IMG/VR virus record: IMGVR_UViG_3300033076_000919
Location: 1-41,863 of that record
Direction: 5' to 3' (one strand)
Source of the DNA: a virus
Taxonomy: Duplodnaviria > Caudoviricetes
DNA length: 41,863 bases
Positions within the stretch are counted from its first letter, which is position 1. Each line of letters starts with the position of its first letter. Below the pieces are notes generated by a model, which did no database searches, was not told the origin of the DNA, and was given only the letters and a program-made list of their open reading frames with translations. Shown here piece after piece: positions 20,007 to 28,333 of this stretch. Made by a program: the position numbers and the translations under genes.

Positions 20007-21061
20007 GAACCGGTTCTACACCTGAAATGTTTCCCGCCTCACACGTCGCTCGCAAGTTCCCGTTTGGTTAATTGCCGCGTGAGGCGGGGTGAGCGGTGTG
20101 CTCGGAAGGGGTTTCACCTCCAGTAGCCTTTCGGCGCGCAGCGGCGTCCCGCTGCATGGCTCAATCTCCTTAGGTGGAGACTCCGGCTGTTGCCGTGCCT
20201 GCGATGCACATTAAATTCCATGAATTGTGCGGCGCTGACTTTCGTCAGGGTGGTCTATTTTTACCAAAGGCGTGCTGCCCCTTGGCGGGAGTTTGTTCTA
20301 CCACAGCATTCAGCACTAACCGTGGCATCATGACCTGTTAACCCCTACATCGCCGCACAATTCAAAGAACTCGGCTCGGTTCAGCGGGCGGGCGAGTCAT
20401 CTCCCGCGACCGTCCATAGTCCTTAGGACGAATGATCGACTCTGTGTTTAGGTCTGCCGCTGAACGGAACCGAGGGCTGTGTTGAGCGGGCCGATTGCTC
20501 GGCTAGTGTGGGCCTTCGGTAGTTGCCACCGCCCAACCTTCAACTGGTCTCACCGAGACAGTATGACCGGACAAGCTCGCTTACGTTTGATAGGAAAAGA
20601 TCACTTTAAACCAGTTTCCCCGCAGACGAACCAGCTACCCGACAGTAACCCCCTCGACGCAACTTTAAGCGCGTGTTCTGATCCACGCCGCCGCTCAACA
20701 CAACTCTCGATGTCAAAGAACTGCAATGCTCTCGATTCAGCGGGTCACGTCGTTCTCGTGGCCGTCAGGTGGCTTTCGCCGTCCAGATTCGTCAATCATT
20801 TGGCCTCTCCCGAATTGCACGGTGGTAAACGAGCCGTCACTGCCGCTGAATCGAAAACACTGCAAAGAACTGCCGCTACTTTCCCGGCTGGTCACTGCTG
20901 GAAGGGTTTACCCATGCAGTTGCGGTGCTTAACGAATCCCCTTCAAACGTGATGCGGTGAGAAGTCATCGCGCATCAAACAGGTTAAGTTTTCCGCATCT
21001 GTCGGTTGCCCGACCGCGTTGCATTGAGGCTGTCTTCCCTGTTATAAATTCTCAAAGAACT
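20007..21061 (-). ncRNA. Array of structured non-coding RNA modules
   Basis: No credible ORF. Closing stems at 20033-45/20076-88, 20221-34/20351-64, 20379-87/20457-65, 20478-89/20691-702 and 20722-43/20843-64. G-U wobbles in the closing stems work on the - strand. Flanked by a promoter and a terminator. Confidence 0.75.
20363..21061 (-). repeat. Four boxA-like AGTTCTTTG repeats
   Basis: CAAAGAACT on + at 20363-71, 20714-22, 20863-71 and 21053-61, each at a module boundary. Confidence 0.8.
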
Positions 21062-21066
21062 TCCTC

Positions 21067-21095
21067 CTTCTACGCTACTCCGCGAACGGGCGCAA
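21067..21095 (-). promoter_or_regulatory. sigma70-like promoter of the ncRNA array
   Basis: TTGCGC(21095-90)-17 bp-TAGAAG(21072-67). The predicted start ~21061 coincides with the first boxA-like repeat. Confidence 0.6.
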
Positions 21096-21116
21096 GTGTT
21101 TTTGCTGATAAATTAG

Positions 21117-21452
21117 CTACAGCATCTTTATTCCTTCAACTACCTCGTCAAAATCGAGTTCGTGGTACTCGCACCAATCAAAAAGCGTGTTCCTCTGCTT
21201 TTGGTTGATGGTCTTTGCGGCGGTGCGGTTCCCGTAGTCTGAAAGCCGAATCCATCCCAATTTATCGGCTTTTGCTTCTGCGTCGTCCTCTTTCCCTCCA
21301 AGTACGCATTGAGCAATAAATCCGTGAAGCATGTGCTCATCGCACGGCCAAAACTTTCCGCTGTGGTCAATCCATCCCTCATCGGTAAAACCAAGGGATT
21401 GCAGGAATTTGCGAAATCTGGCGTTTGTAATTTGGTCTTCTGTTAGTCTCAT
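21117..21452 (-). CDS. Hypothetical phage protein
   Basis: MRLTEDQ...GWIDHSGKFWPC..H.H...LGWIRL...QKQ...LFDW; reads as a natural protein. Confidence 0.7.
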   Translation of the reverse strand: MRLTEDQITNARFRKFLQSLGFTDEGWIDHSGKFWPCDEHMLHGFIAQCVLGGKEDDAEAKADKLGWIRLSDYGNRTAAKTINQKQRNTLFDWCEYHELDFDEVVEGIKML

Positions 21453-21655
21453 AGAGTGATGGCGTGGAAGAATAGAGCGGGCACCTAGGAACCGTGAGGC
21501 CACACCGAAAGCACTTTTTGTAAGCTCTCATGGCGATGATCATTTTCCTCGGCCAACTTTGTTGACAGGCCACGCCGCGAATGATAATCTACGTATGCAA
21601 TCAGTGATACCACTCTGGCGTGTCGCCCGTTCTGCGGTGTGGCCGCTTTACTCGC

Positions 21656-22420
21656 AAAAGTAAAAAGAAGGTGTCCACCTCGGCCCTAGTGAGCGTCCTG
21701 CGAAGATCAACTCACTAGGGCCGTGTCCTATCTACGAGACGCACGGCGGTGGACAATGCCCGTGCGCCCCTGCGCGTTAACAATGGCCTCATGCGGCGTC
21801 AGCCTCCTTTCCTTTGGTTTGTGGGGTTTAGACCGATAGGCTACAGCTTGGAGGGAGGAAACGAGGGAGCGCCGTGGAAACACTGTCCTACGAGGTAGGC
21901 AGTGTTGCTTTCCATGTGATAAGCTAAGCCCGTCGGTCGGTCGCTCAGTCGCTTCATGTAGGCTTTGCTTTGGGTGTGACGGTAACGCGGTCAGCGATTC
22001 AATACGTAGCAGGGAGCCTCAATGATGTTCGATTCCAGACGTGGAGGATTGTCCACGCACAAGGGCCGGGAACTCTGGTGCGTGTATTATTCGCACGTCC
22101 TAACCGGGAATTGAAAACATCCATGCCCGAACGCCGCCCACATGCAGCATCCGCGTTTTCGCCCTTGTCGCCCCAGCATACCGCTTGCACGGTCAAAGCT
22201 TGGAGCTTTCTGCGTGCGCTGCCATAGCAAGCGCCTCACATGTTCCTCCCGCCTATGTCTCGCGGAGTGCGAGGTTCGCGGGCCGATTCCCAGAAATGAA
22301 AATCCCGCAGAGTGGCCTTAATCACCTGCGGGTTTCATCTGGATACTCGTCCAGCAAGCATTCGCCGCGTGCGGCAAATCTATGAAAACATCGTTCGGTA
22401 TTTAAGGCATTGCGAACGCC
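21656..22420 (-). ncRNA. Candidate second structured non-coding block
   Basis: TTGCAA-17-CAGTGT promoter (22452-22424), many hairpins, and a terminal multi-stem 21672-21755 followed by a U-rich tract. No convincing long ORF. Confidence 0.4.
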
Positions 22421-22505
22421 TCAACACTGCCGAACATTTTTGTTGTTTGCAAGGGAAATTCCCGCGAGTCCGCAACCCTCCTCGCGGGTCTCCTCCCCAA
22501 GAGAT

Positions 22506-22697
22506 CTAATAAATCGGTTTCTTCCCCTGACTGCCCGGCTGCCAAGGCGCGTAGCCGTTGACCTTGCGCCTGTCTTCAAGCTGGGAGAAGTGGCATTCTG
22601 AACACTTCACGGACGTGAGCAGCGGGCGCTTCCCGCAGTTGATGCACAGTCCAGCGGCTTTCTTTCTAGCCTGCCATCGGGCTTGTTTGGTAGTCAT
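22506..22697 (-). CDS. Small Zn-finger protein
   Basis: RKKAAGLCINCG...C..C pattern common in phages. Confidence 0.7.
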   Translation of the reverse strand: MTTKQARWQARKKAAGLCINCGKRPLLTSVKCSECHFSQLEDRRKVNGYAPWQPGSQGKKPIY

Positions 22698-22875
22698 TCT
22701 GCGTCGAATTCTTGTCCGTGGATTTCCAGTTCAACGCAGTTCGTAAAAGAACGGTCGTCCACTGAATCAACGGAAAACTTCCCGCCGTATCCGCCGTTGT
22801 AATCGTCAAAGACAACCTCAACGTCACCGCGTCGGCGCTTTGCTGTTTCGAGTCGTTCGACGAGTTCGGAGATTT

Positions 22876-22879
<4 letters not shown>
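22694..22879 (-). CDS. Hypothetical phage protein
   Basis: MKISELVERLE....GDVEV; ATGA overlaps. Confidence 0.7.
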
Positions 22880-23546
<667 letters not shown>

Positions 23547-23559
<13 letters not shown>

Positions 23560-23849
23560 GGCTTCACCGAGTTGATGCTTGCTTGCGCTTCTGGCGTAGT
23601 GGCGATGATTTCGATCACACCGAGAATCGTGATTTCGGAAACAGCCTGCGGGAATTTGCAGCAAGTTGGTTTTTTGGTTCCTTCTGCGGCAAGTTGAGAC
23701 AGCGAAGCGGCTCCAGCCCATTGCCAAATACGGCGAGCGTCGTGAAGAGTTACTTCGTCGCCCGTCTTTTTGACGAGCTTTCCGAAGAACACGCCTGCAT
23801 TTGTGGCGCGGATGATTACGTAGGGTTGTTTGGTTTTTGTGGTTTTCAT
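23547..23849 (-). CDS. DUF6948-like phage protein
   Basis: YVIIR...AGVFFG.L......V.L..ARRIW.W.GAASLSQLA..G; this family is usually paired with Gly-repeat genes. Confidence 0.8.
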
Positions 23850-23853
23850 AAAT

Positions 23854-24078
23854 TTAGGCGAGCGTGTAGAAAGTGCAGTCAGCGAAAGGAAAGCCGCCGT
23901 TTGCCGTCCAGTCATCGGGAACCTGATCCCATGCGAAGAAGGCCATCGCATACTTTTCGCTGACGCTGAGAACGTGAAGCAGGTAGTGCGTTCCGCTCCA
24001 CTCACAGCGGCAGATGGTGCCGGGCTTGATTTCTTCCTTTGCGAGCGGGGTTTTCTTGGGAGCGGATTCGGTTTGCAT
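23854..24078 (-). CDS. Hypothetical protein
   Basis: ATG 6 nt after TTGCGT-17-TAAACA. Confidence 0.6.
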   Translation of the reverse strand: MQTESAPKKTPLAKEEIKPGTICRCEWSGTHYLLHVLSVSEKYAMAFFAWDQVPDDWTANGGFPFADCTFYTLA

Positions 24079-24164
24079 GTGTGCTGTTTACTTTTAGCGG
24101 CTAAACTACGCAAGAAGAATCTGAAAAATCTTTACAGCTAATTTTAAGCGGCTAGTTTGAAGGC
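24079..24164. promoter_or_regulatory. Divergent promoter pair with palindromic operator TTTAGCGGCTAAA
   Basis: - strand TTGCGT(24113-08)-17-TAAACA and + strand TTTACA(24131-36)-16-TAGTTT. The palindrome 24093-24105 lies in the - promoter spacer. Confidence 0.65.
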
Positions 24165-24305
24165 ATGGAAGAGCAAGACGATCAACCCGTAGTCCGCAAG
24201 TTCAACCCGCACGGCGCAAACGTCCCGCCCAGCGGACTCCACAAGCCGGAACGCGCTGCGGATTTGCAGGCGATTTCGGGCGAGCTTTTGAACATCAGCC
24301 TATGA
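24165..24305 (+). CDS. Small hypothetical protein (46 aa)
   Basis: MEEQDDQPVV...; first gene after the promoter; ATGA coupling to the next ORF. Confidence 0.5.
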   Translation: MEEQDDQPVVRKFNPHGANVPPSGLHKPERAADLQAISGELLNISL

Positions 24306-24436
24306 CAATTTTCAACCCAGCGGCATCACACAAAGGGGAAAGCGGGCGTCCTAAGCTCTTGGGCGTGTTCCAAGGTGCGACCGATACGCGAGTATCCGAT
24401 GGCGATGGTGTCCGCTGGGCTGAACTGCTAAAATGA
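24302..24436 (+). CDS. Small hypothetical protein (44 aa)
   Basis: ATGA overlaps at both ends. Confidence 0.45.
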   Translation: MTIFNPAASHKGESGRPKLLGVFQGATDTRVSDGDGVRWAELLK

Positions 24437-24615
24437 AAGAACGATTTCTTTTAATCTGCCAATTTTGGAAGCTTCCCCACTACGCAAAATGGAGGAACCG
24501 AAATAACGTTTTTCGTATCGCGCTCGACATCATCGGAGGGTTTCGGTGGGTGATTTTTGGAGGATATTCTACTGCGGCAGAGTTTCGGAATTTTATTGAA
24601 AAGATTAAATCATGA
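24433..24615 (+). CDS. Hypothetical protein
   Basis: ATGA overlaps at both ends. Confidence 0.55.
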   Translation: MKERFLLICQFWKLPHYAKWRNRNNVFRIALDIIGGFRWVIFGGYSTAAEFRNFIEKIKS

Positions 24616-24824
24616 CCACACTACAAACCTTCGTCGGATGGGACGGAAAACAGGCACGCAGGGGCGCAATCTCCCGCGTTGCGGAGCACTTGGGATGCAA
24701 TTACGCCACTGTTCAGAAATGGCTACGCGGCGTTTACGCTCCCGGCGCTGAAACGCAGGCGCGGATTGACAAGATGGTTTCCGCTGGGATCCCGCTCGAC
24801 CCGAAGAAACGTAAACGCGTTTGA
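24612..24824 (+). CDS. Cro/XRE-like HTH regulator
   Basis: ISRVAEHLGCNYATVQKWLRG...P. Confidence 0.8.
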   Translation: MTTLQTFVGWDGKQARRGAISRVAEHLGCNYATVQKWLRGVYAPGAETQARIDKMVSAGIPLDPKKRKRV

Positions 24825-24856
24825 CTTGCAATAAGGCAGCAGATAAACGGTAGGGC

Positions 24857-27283
24857 ATGGCACGCAGATTCTTTATCAACCTTGATGCGCCGATTCCCTC
24901 GCAGGGGTTCGTTGAATCGTTCGCGCAGAATATCCCGGTTGTAAATCTCACGCAGTTTGCGCGCTCCGATTCATTCCCGATTGAGCTAGTCTTTCTGCGG
25001 GAGTCGCAGGACGAGACAGCGGTCTTGCCGTTCTACTACGTTGACCCCTCGGGGTTCTCATCCGTGAAGTTTGGCGGGGGTGTCATTGGGGCGACGCCGG
25101 ACAGCGGAACGTTTACCCTCACAGACACGGCGGGCTCGCAGACAACGGCGGCGATTGCATACAACGCCAGCGCGGCAACGGTGCAGACTGCCATTCGTGC
25201 GGCTCTGACAACCAATTTCAGCGCGGCAACGGTCACGGGCGATGCGGGAGGGCCTTGGAGTATTGATCGGGGCACCACGGGCGCGCTAGCCGATATTACA
25301 GGCAGCGCGGCGGCACTCTCTCCGGACGGGTCTACGGTTGTAATCGTTAACGCTCAAAACGGATCGGCTACGCTGAATGAAAAATGGCAGGTAACGCTCG
25401 CCAAGGCGTTGCCCATTCTCATCGCTTCGGGCTGGACGGCGCTCCCATCGCCCTCTGTTTCCACAACGGTCGTGCAAGCTGGAAGCGCGACGGTGAACAA
25501 AACGTTTCGTGTGACATGGAACGCCGACGCTTACGGTGGGGCCGTCACACTGCTTTTCACTGGCGACACGACTACGGCAACCATCACGCCGATTTCCTAC
25601 AGCGCCAGCGCAAACGATGTGGCAACCGCTTTTGCCTCGCATGTTGACGTTGCGGACGCTGCAAACATTTCCGTTATCAAGAACGGCCCGGGTGACTACA
25701 CTGTTGCGTGTGTTGGGACTGGCATCAAGCTTTCCAACACCCCTGCCCTCGCGGAGTCCAATAACACCCTGCAAGTTCCTACGGGGCTTACGGCGGTTTG
25801 CACGGTTTCCACCGCTGGCGCTGATGCCATCCTTGGGAACGAGGACAGCGCGAACATCACGCTTGAAGTGGAGGTTCGCCAGTCCAGCGGGCAACCCAAC
25901 ACGGCAGCACAGGCGACAACGAAGCTTCTCAAAGACCTGATTTCAAACACGCCAGGGCAACAGACAGGCACGGAGGACTGGGTGTCATCTGGCGACTTAA
26001 AGCAAGACAACACGCTGTTTGTAGATCTGGTTTACGGAAACAACGCCACGGCAACGCGTGAATTTCTTAGTCTTCCGTATGCGAGTCCATTGACCGCATC
26101 GGCGGCGGCATCATCCGGTGACTTGATTGTTTTCCGTCCCGCTTCGTTTACAGTGAGCGAAAACATGGGCGCGGATGGGGTGAATTGGTATTTCCCGGCA
26201 GGCACTACGGTTTCCGCATCTGGAGACCTAGAATCCGGCATCTTTGACGACAGTGCAAACGGGCTAAACGCTCCATTTTCTTTCACGGTTGATGGCGCTG
26301 GCGTGATTTCCTACGAGTCCACTGGAGAGACGACGCCCCTTGTTCACGCGATCAATATCACAAACGCGTCAAGCGAAGTGGTGATTCGGTGCAAAAAGGT
26401 AATCGGAGACACAAACGACGACGGCTCAGACTCAAGCGGGGCGGTTGCTGTTTTTGATGGCTCGCTAGAATTGACGTGCGAGGAGGTTTTAAGCACCGGA
26501 AAGGGATACTGTGTTTATTGGGAAAACGGAGATTTGTCCGTTAAGGCGCATAAACTTATCGGAACACAAAATGCCGCGATCAGTTCGAATATTCAATCCA
26601 CTCCAACGGGCAAGTTTTGGGTGGAGGCTCTGGATGTAACAAGCTCTGCATCTTCTGTAATCACAACAGCCGGAAACCAGACCACCGCCCGCGTTTGGAT
26701 TAACGCTCAGGAGATTTACGCCGCATCTGGATTTAAGGCTGTTGATATTCAAGGGTCTGAAAAGATTTACATCACCGCTCAGAAAATCAGCAATTCGGGC
26801 GCAGAATCAGCGGTTTTTATGTCATCGGGAGAGCTTTGGTTAAGGGTGGACAAGATTACAGCCGATGACACGATGCTGGAGCTTACTGGCGGCACGTCAT
26901 GGATTGACCTTCAAGAGCTAGAAGTCGGAAGCGCAACTGCGGCTTACTGCATTGTGTGCAGCGGCGGAACTCACGTTATTAAAGGCGCTCGGTTTACTGG
27001 GGGCGCTTCATCACTTGGAATCAATGTGACGGGCGGCACGCTAACCCTGATAGATTGCTATATAAACACGGCTGCGAACGCATCAGCGCGGCCAATCACC
27101 AAATCAGGCGGAACGCTAATTTTACAGAATTGCGCGCTTGTCGCAGAGGCCACGCAAGACAGCATCGAAGCTAGCACCGCGCAAAACGTGAAAGTTTATG
27201 GAACCTCAGTCGCCAACAAAGCGAAAGATGCCAACGTCACAATTCAAGTCGGCACGCTCACAGTTTCAACCGATGTAGTCTAA
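24857..27283 (+). CDS. Tail spike / receptor-binding-like structural protein
   Basis: 808 aa. N-half has repeated GTFTLT...TAAIAYNASAATVQ.A-type units; C-half begins TLFVD..YGN....PY and is right-handed beta-helix-like. Confidence 0.65.
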   Translation: MARRFFINLDAPIPSQGFVESFAQNIPVVNLTQFARSDSFPIELVFLRESQDETAVLPFYYVDPSGFSSVKFGGGVIGATPDSGTFTLTDTAGSQTTAAIAYNASAATVQTAIRAALTTNFSAATVTGDAGGPWSIDRGTTGALADITGSAAALSPDGSTVVIVNAQNGSATLNEKWQVTLAKALPILIASGWTALPSPSVSTTVVQAGSATVNKTFRVTWNADAYGGAVTLLFTGDTTTATITPISYSASANDVATAFASHVDVADAANISVIKNGPGDYTVACVGTGIKLSNTPALAESNNTLQVPTGLTAVCTVSTAGADAILGNEDSANITLEVEVRQSSGQPNTAAQATTKLLKDLISNTPGQQTGTEDWVSSGDLKQDNTLFVDLVYGNNATATREFLSLPYASPLTASAAASSGDLIVFRPASFTVSENMGADGVNWYFPAGTTVSASGDLESGIFDDSANGLNAPFSFTVDGAGVISYESTGETTPLVHAINITNASSEVVIRCKKVIGDTNDDGSDSSGAVAVFDGSLELTCEEVLSTGKGYCVYWENGDLSVKAHKLIGTQNAAISSNIQSTPTGKFWVEALDVTSSASSVITTAGNQTTARVWINAQEIYAASGFKAVDIQGSEKIYITAQKISNSGAESAVFMSSGELWLRVDKITADDTMLELTGGTSWIDLQELEVGSATAAYCIVCSGGTHVIKGARFTGGASSLGINVTGGTLTLIDCYINTAANASARPITKSGGTLILQNCALVAEATQDSIEASTAQNVKVYGTSVANKAKDANVTIQVGTLTVSTDVV

Positions 27284-27407
27284 GGGTTTTCCCCTATAAT
27301 ATAACGCCTTGCCTATGCTTTCCACTCTGTTACCAAATGACGCACGCATAGCAGAGCGCAAGAAAGTAGTGAAACGCGCTGCCATGCAGAACGCTAATAC
27401 ATGCGAA

Positions 27408-27812
27408 ATGAGCAACGTTATCACTGACTCTCTTTTTTTGGGCTTGGCAGCAGGCATAGCTTCAACAATCAGCACCCCTGACACGTCCGCATTTGTTGGC
27501 AGTCTTGCGGCGGCGGTTATCGCGTTGAACGATGCGCGGAGCACTCAGAAAGACAGGCGAACGCTTGCTTGCGTGGTCATTGCGTCAATCGTGGTCGGAA
27601 TGCTTTTGCCCGGTGGCATCATGTTTAACTGGTACCCTGATGTGGCGGCAAGATGGACGTTCCATCTTTGGACGCTTTCAGGGCTTGTTTGCGGTCTGCT
27701 AGGGTGGGGTGCCGTGCTTGTGGTGCTCGCAGGCGGGAAATGGATTATTGCGCGGAAAGACAAGCTCGCACACAAAGCGGGGCAACATTTCACAGGAATC
27801 GACGACAAATGA
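27408..27812 (+). CDS. Holin-like membrane protein
   Basis: Several hydrophobic segments and a charged C-terminus; follows the tail spike gene. Confidence 0.5.
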   Translation: MSNVITDSLFLGLAAGIASTISTPDTSAFVGSLAAAVIALNDARSTQKDRRTLACVVIASIVVGMLLPGGIMFNWYPDVAARWTFHLWTLSGLVCGLLGWGAVLVVLAGGKWIIARKDKLAHKAGQHFTGIDDK

Positions 27813-28333
27813 CATACCCAAAAGACACCGCGGCAAACCTCTTTTTCTTCATGCGCAACACGAATGCGTTTTTGAAGACCGGGCTCACGAACATTACCTG
27901 CACTCTCACGAAGCAAAACGGCGTCGTCACTACGGTTCCGCTTGCGAACATCTCCGAAGTCGCAAGCTCGCCGGGGCTTTACAAGGTAGCCGCTACGTCA
28001 GCGGATATGGACTATGAGGGGCAGCTTACGCTCAACGCTTCGCAGGGTGCCAGTTTCGAGGGGCAGGCGGTTTACTACGTCTCTGATCCGCTCAAACAGA
28101 TCAAGGCGGCACTCTCCGGGACTGGCACGCTGCCGACTTTCAGCGTCAAGACTTTTGCAATCAACAATCCGCAGGGCGTCGGACTTTCGCTTGCTGGCCT
28201 GTTCCCGATTGGAATCAGCGCAGCAGCGGGCGCAAACCCAGCGATTGAAATCACGGCTCCGCAATGGCCTGTTGTTCGCATTGTGGACAGCACCACGGGA
28301 CAGACTCAGAGTTTCCCAACGCGGACGACTTAA
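27809..28333 (+). CDS. Putative virion structural protein
   Basis: Start at MTYPKD. TGLT...K.NG...SEV..SPGLY....T resembles the N-terminal domain of 1660..3057. Confidence 0.5.
   Translation: MTYPKDTAANLFFFMRNTNAFLKTGLTNITCTLTKQNGVVTTVPLANISEVASSPGLYKVAATSADMDYEGQLTLNASQGASFEGQAVYYVSDPLKQIKAALSGTGTLPTFSVKTFAINNPQGVGLSLAGLFPIGISAAAGANPAIEITAPQWPVVRIVDSTTGQTQSFPTRTT

Noticed and set aside
20789-20800. 12-nt match of an array loop (ATGATTGACGAA, - strand) to the start of gene 15829
   Set aside because: A short, same-sense match that could arise by chance; not enough to claim targeting.
20363-21061. CRISPR array interpretation of the CAAAGAACT repeats
   Set aside because: The repeat is only 9 bp, spacing is irregular (149-351 bp), the interiors are structured, and no cas genes are present.
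20479-21208. ORFs 20479..20952, 20726..20932 and 20957..21208 (+)
   Set aside because: No protein-like motifs, weak starts, and they overlap long RNA stems whose G-U pairing favours the opposite strand.
21925-21955. GTCGGTCGGTCGCTCAGTCGCT resembling plasmid single-strand initiation signals
   Set aside because: The similarity is loose and low-complexity, and a better origin candidate exists at 30512-30645.
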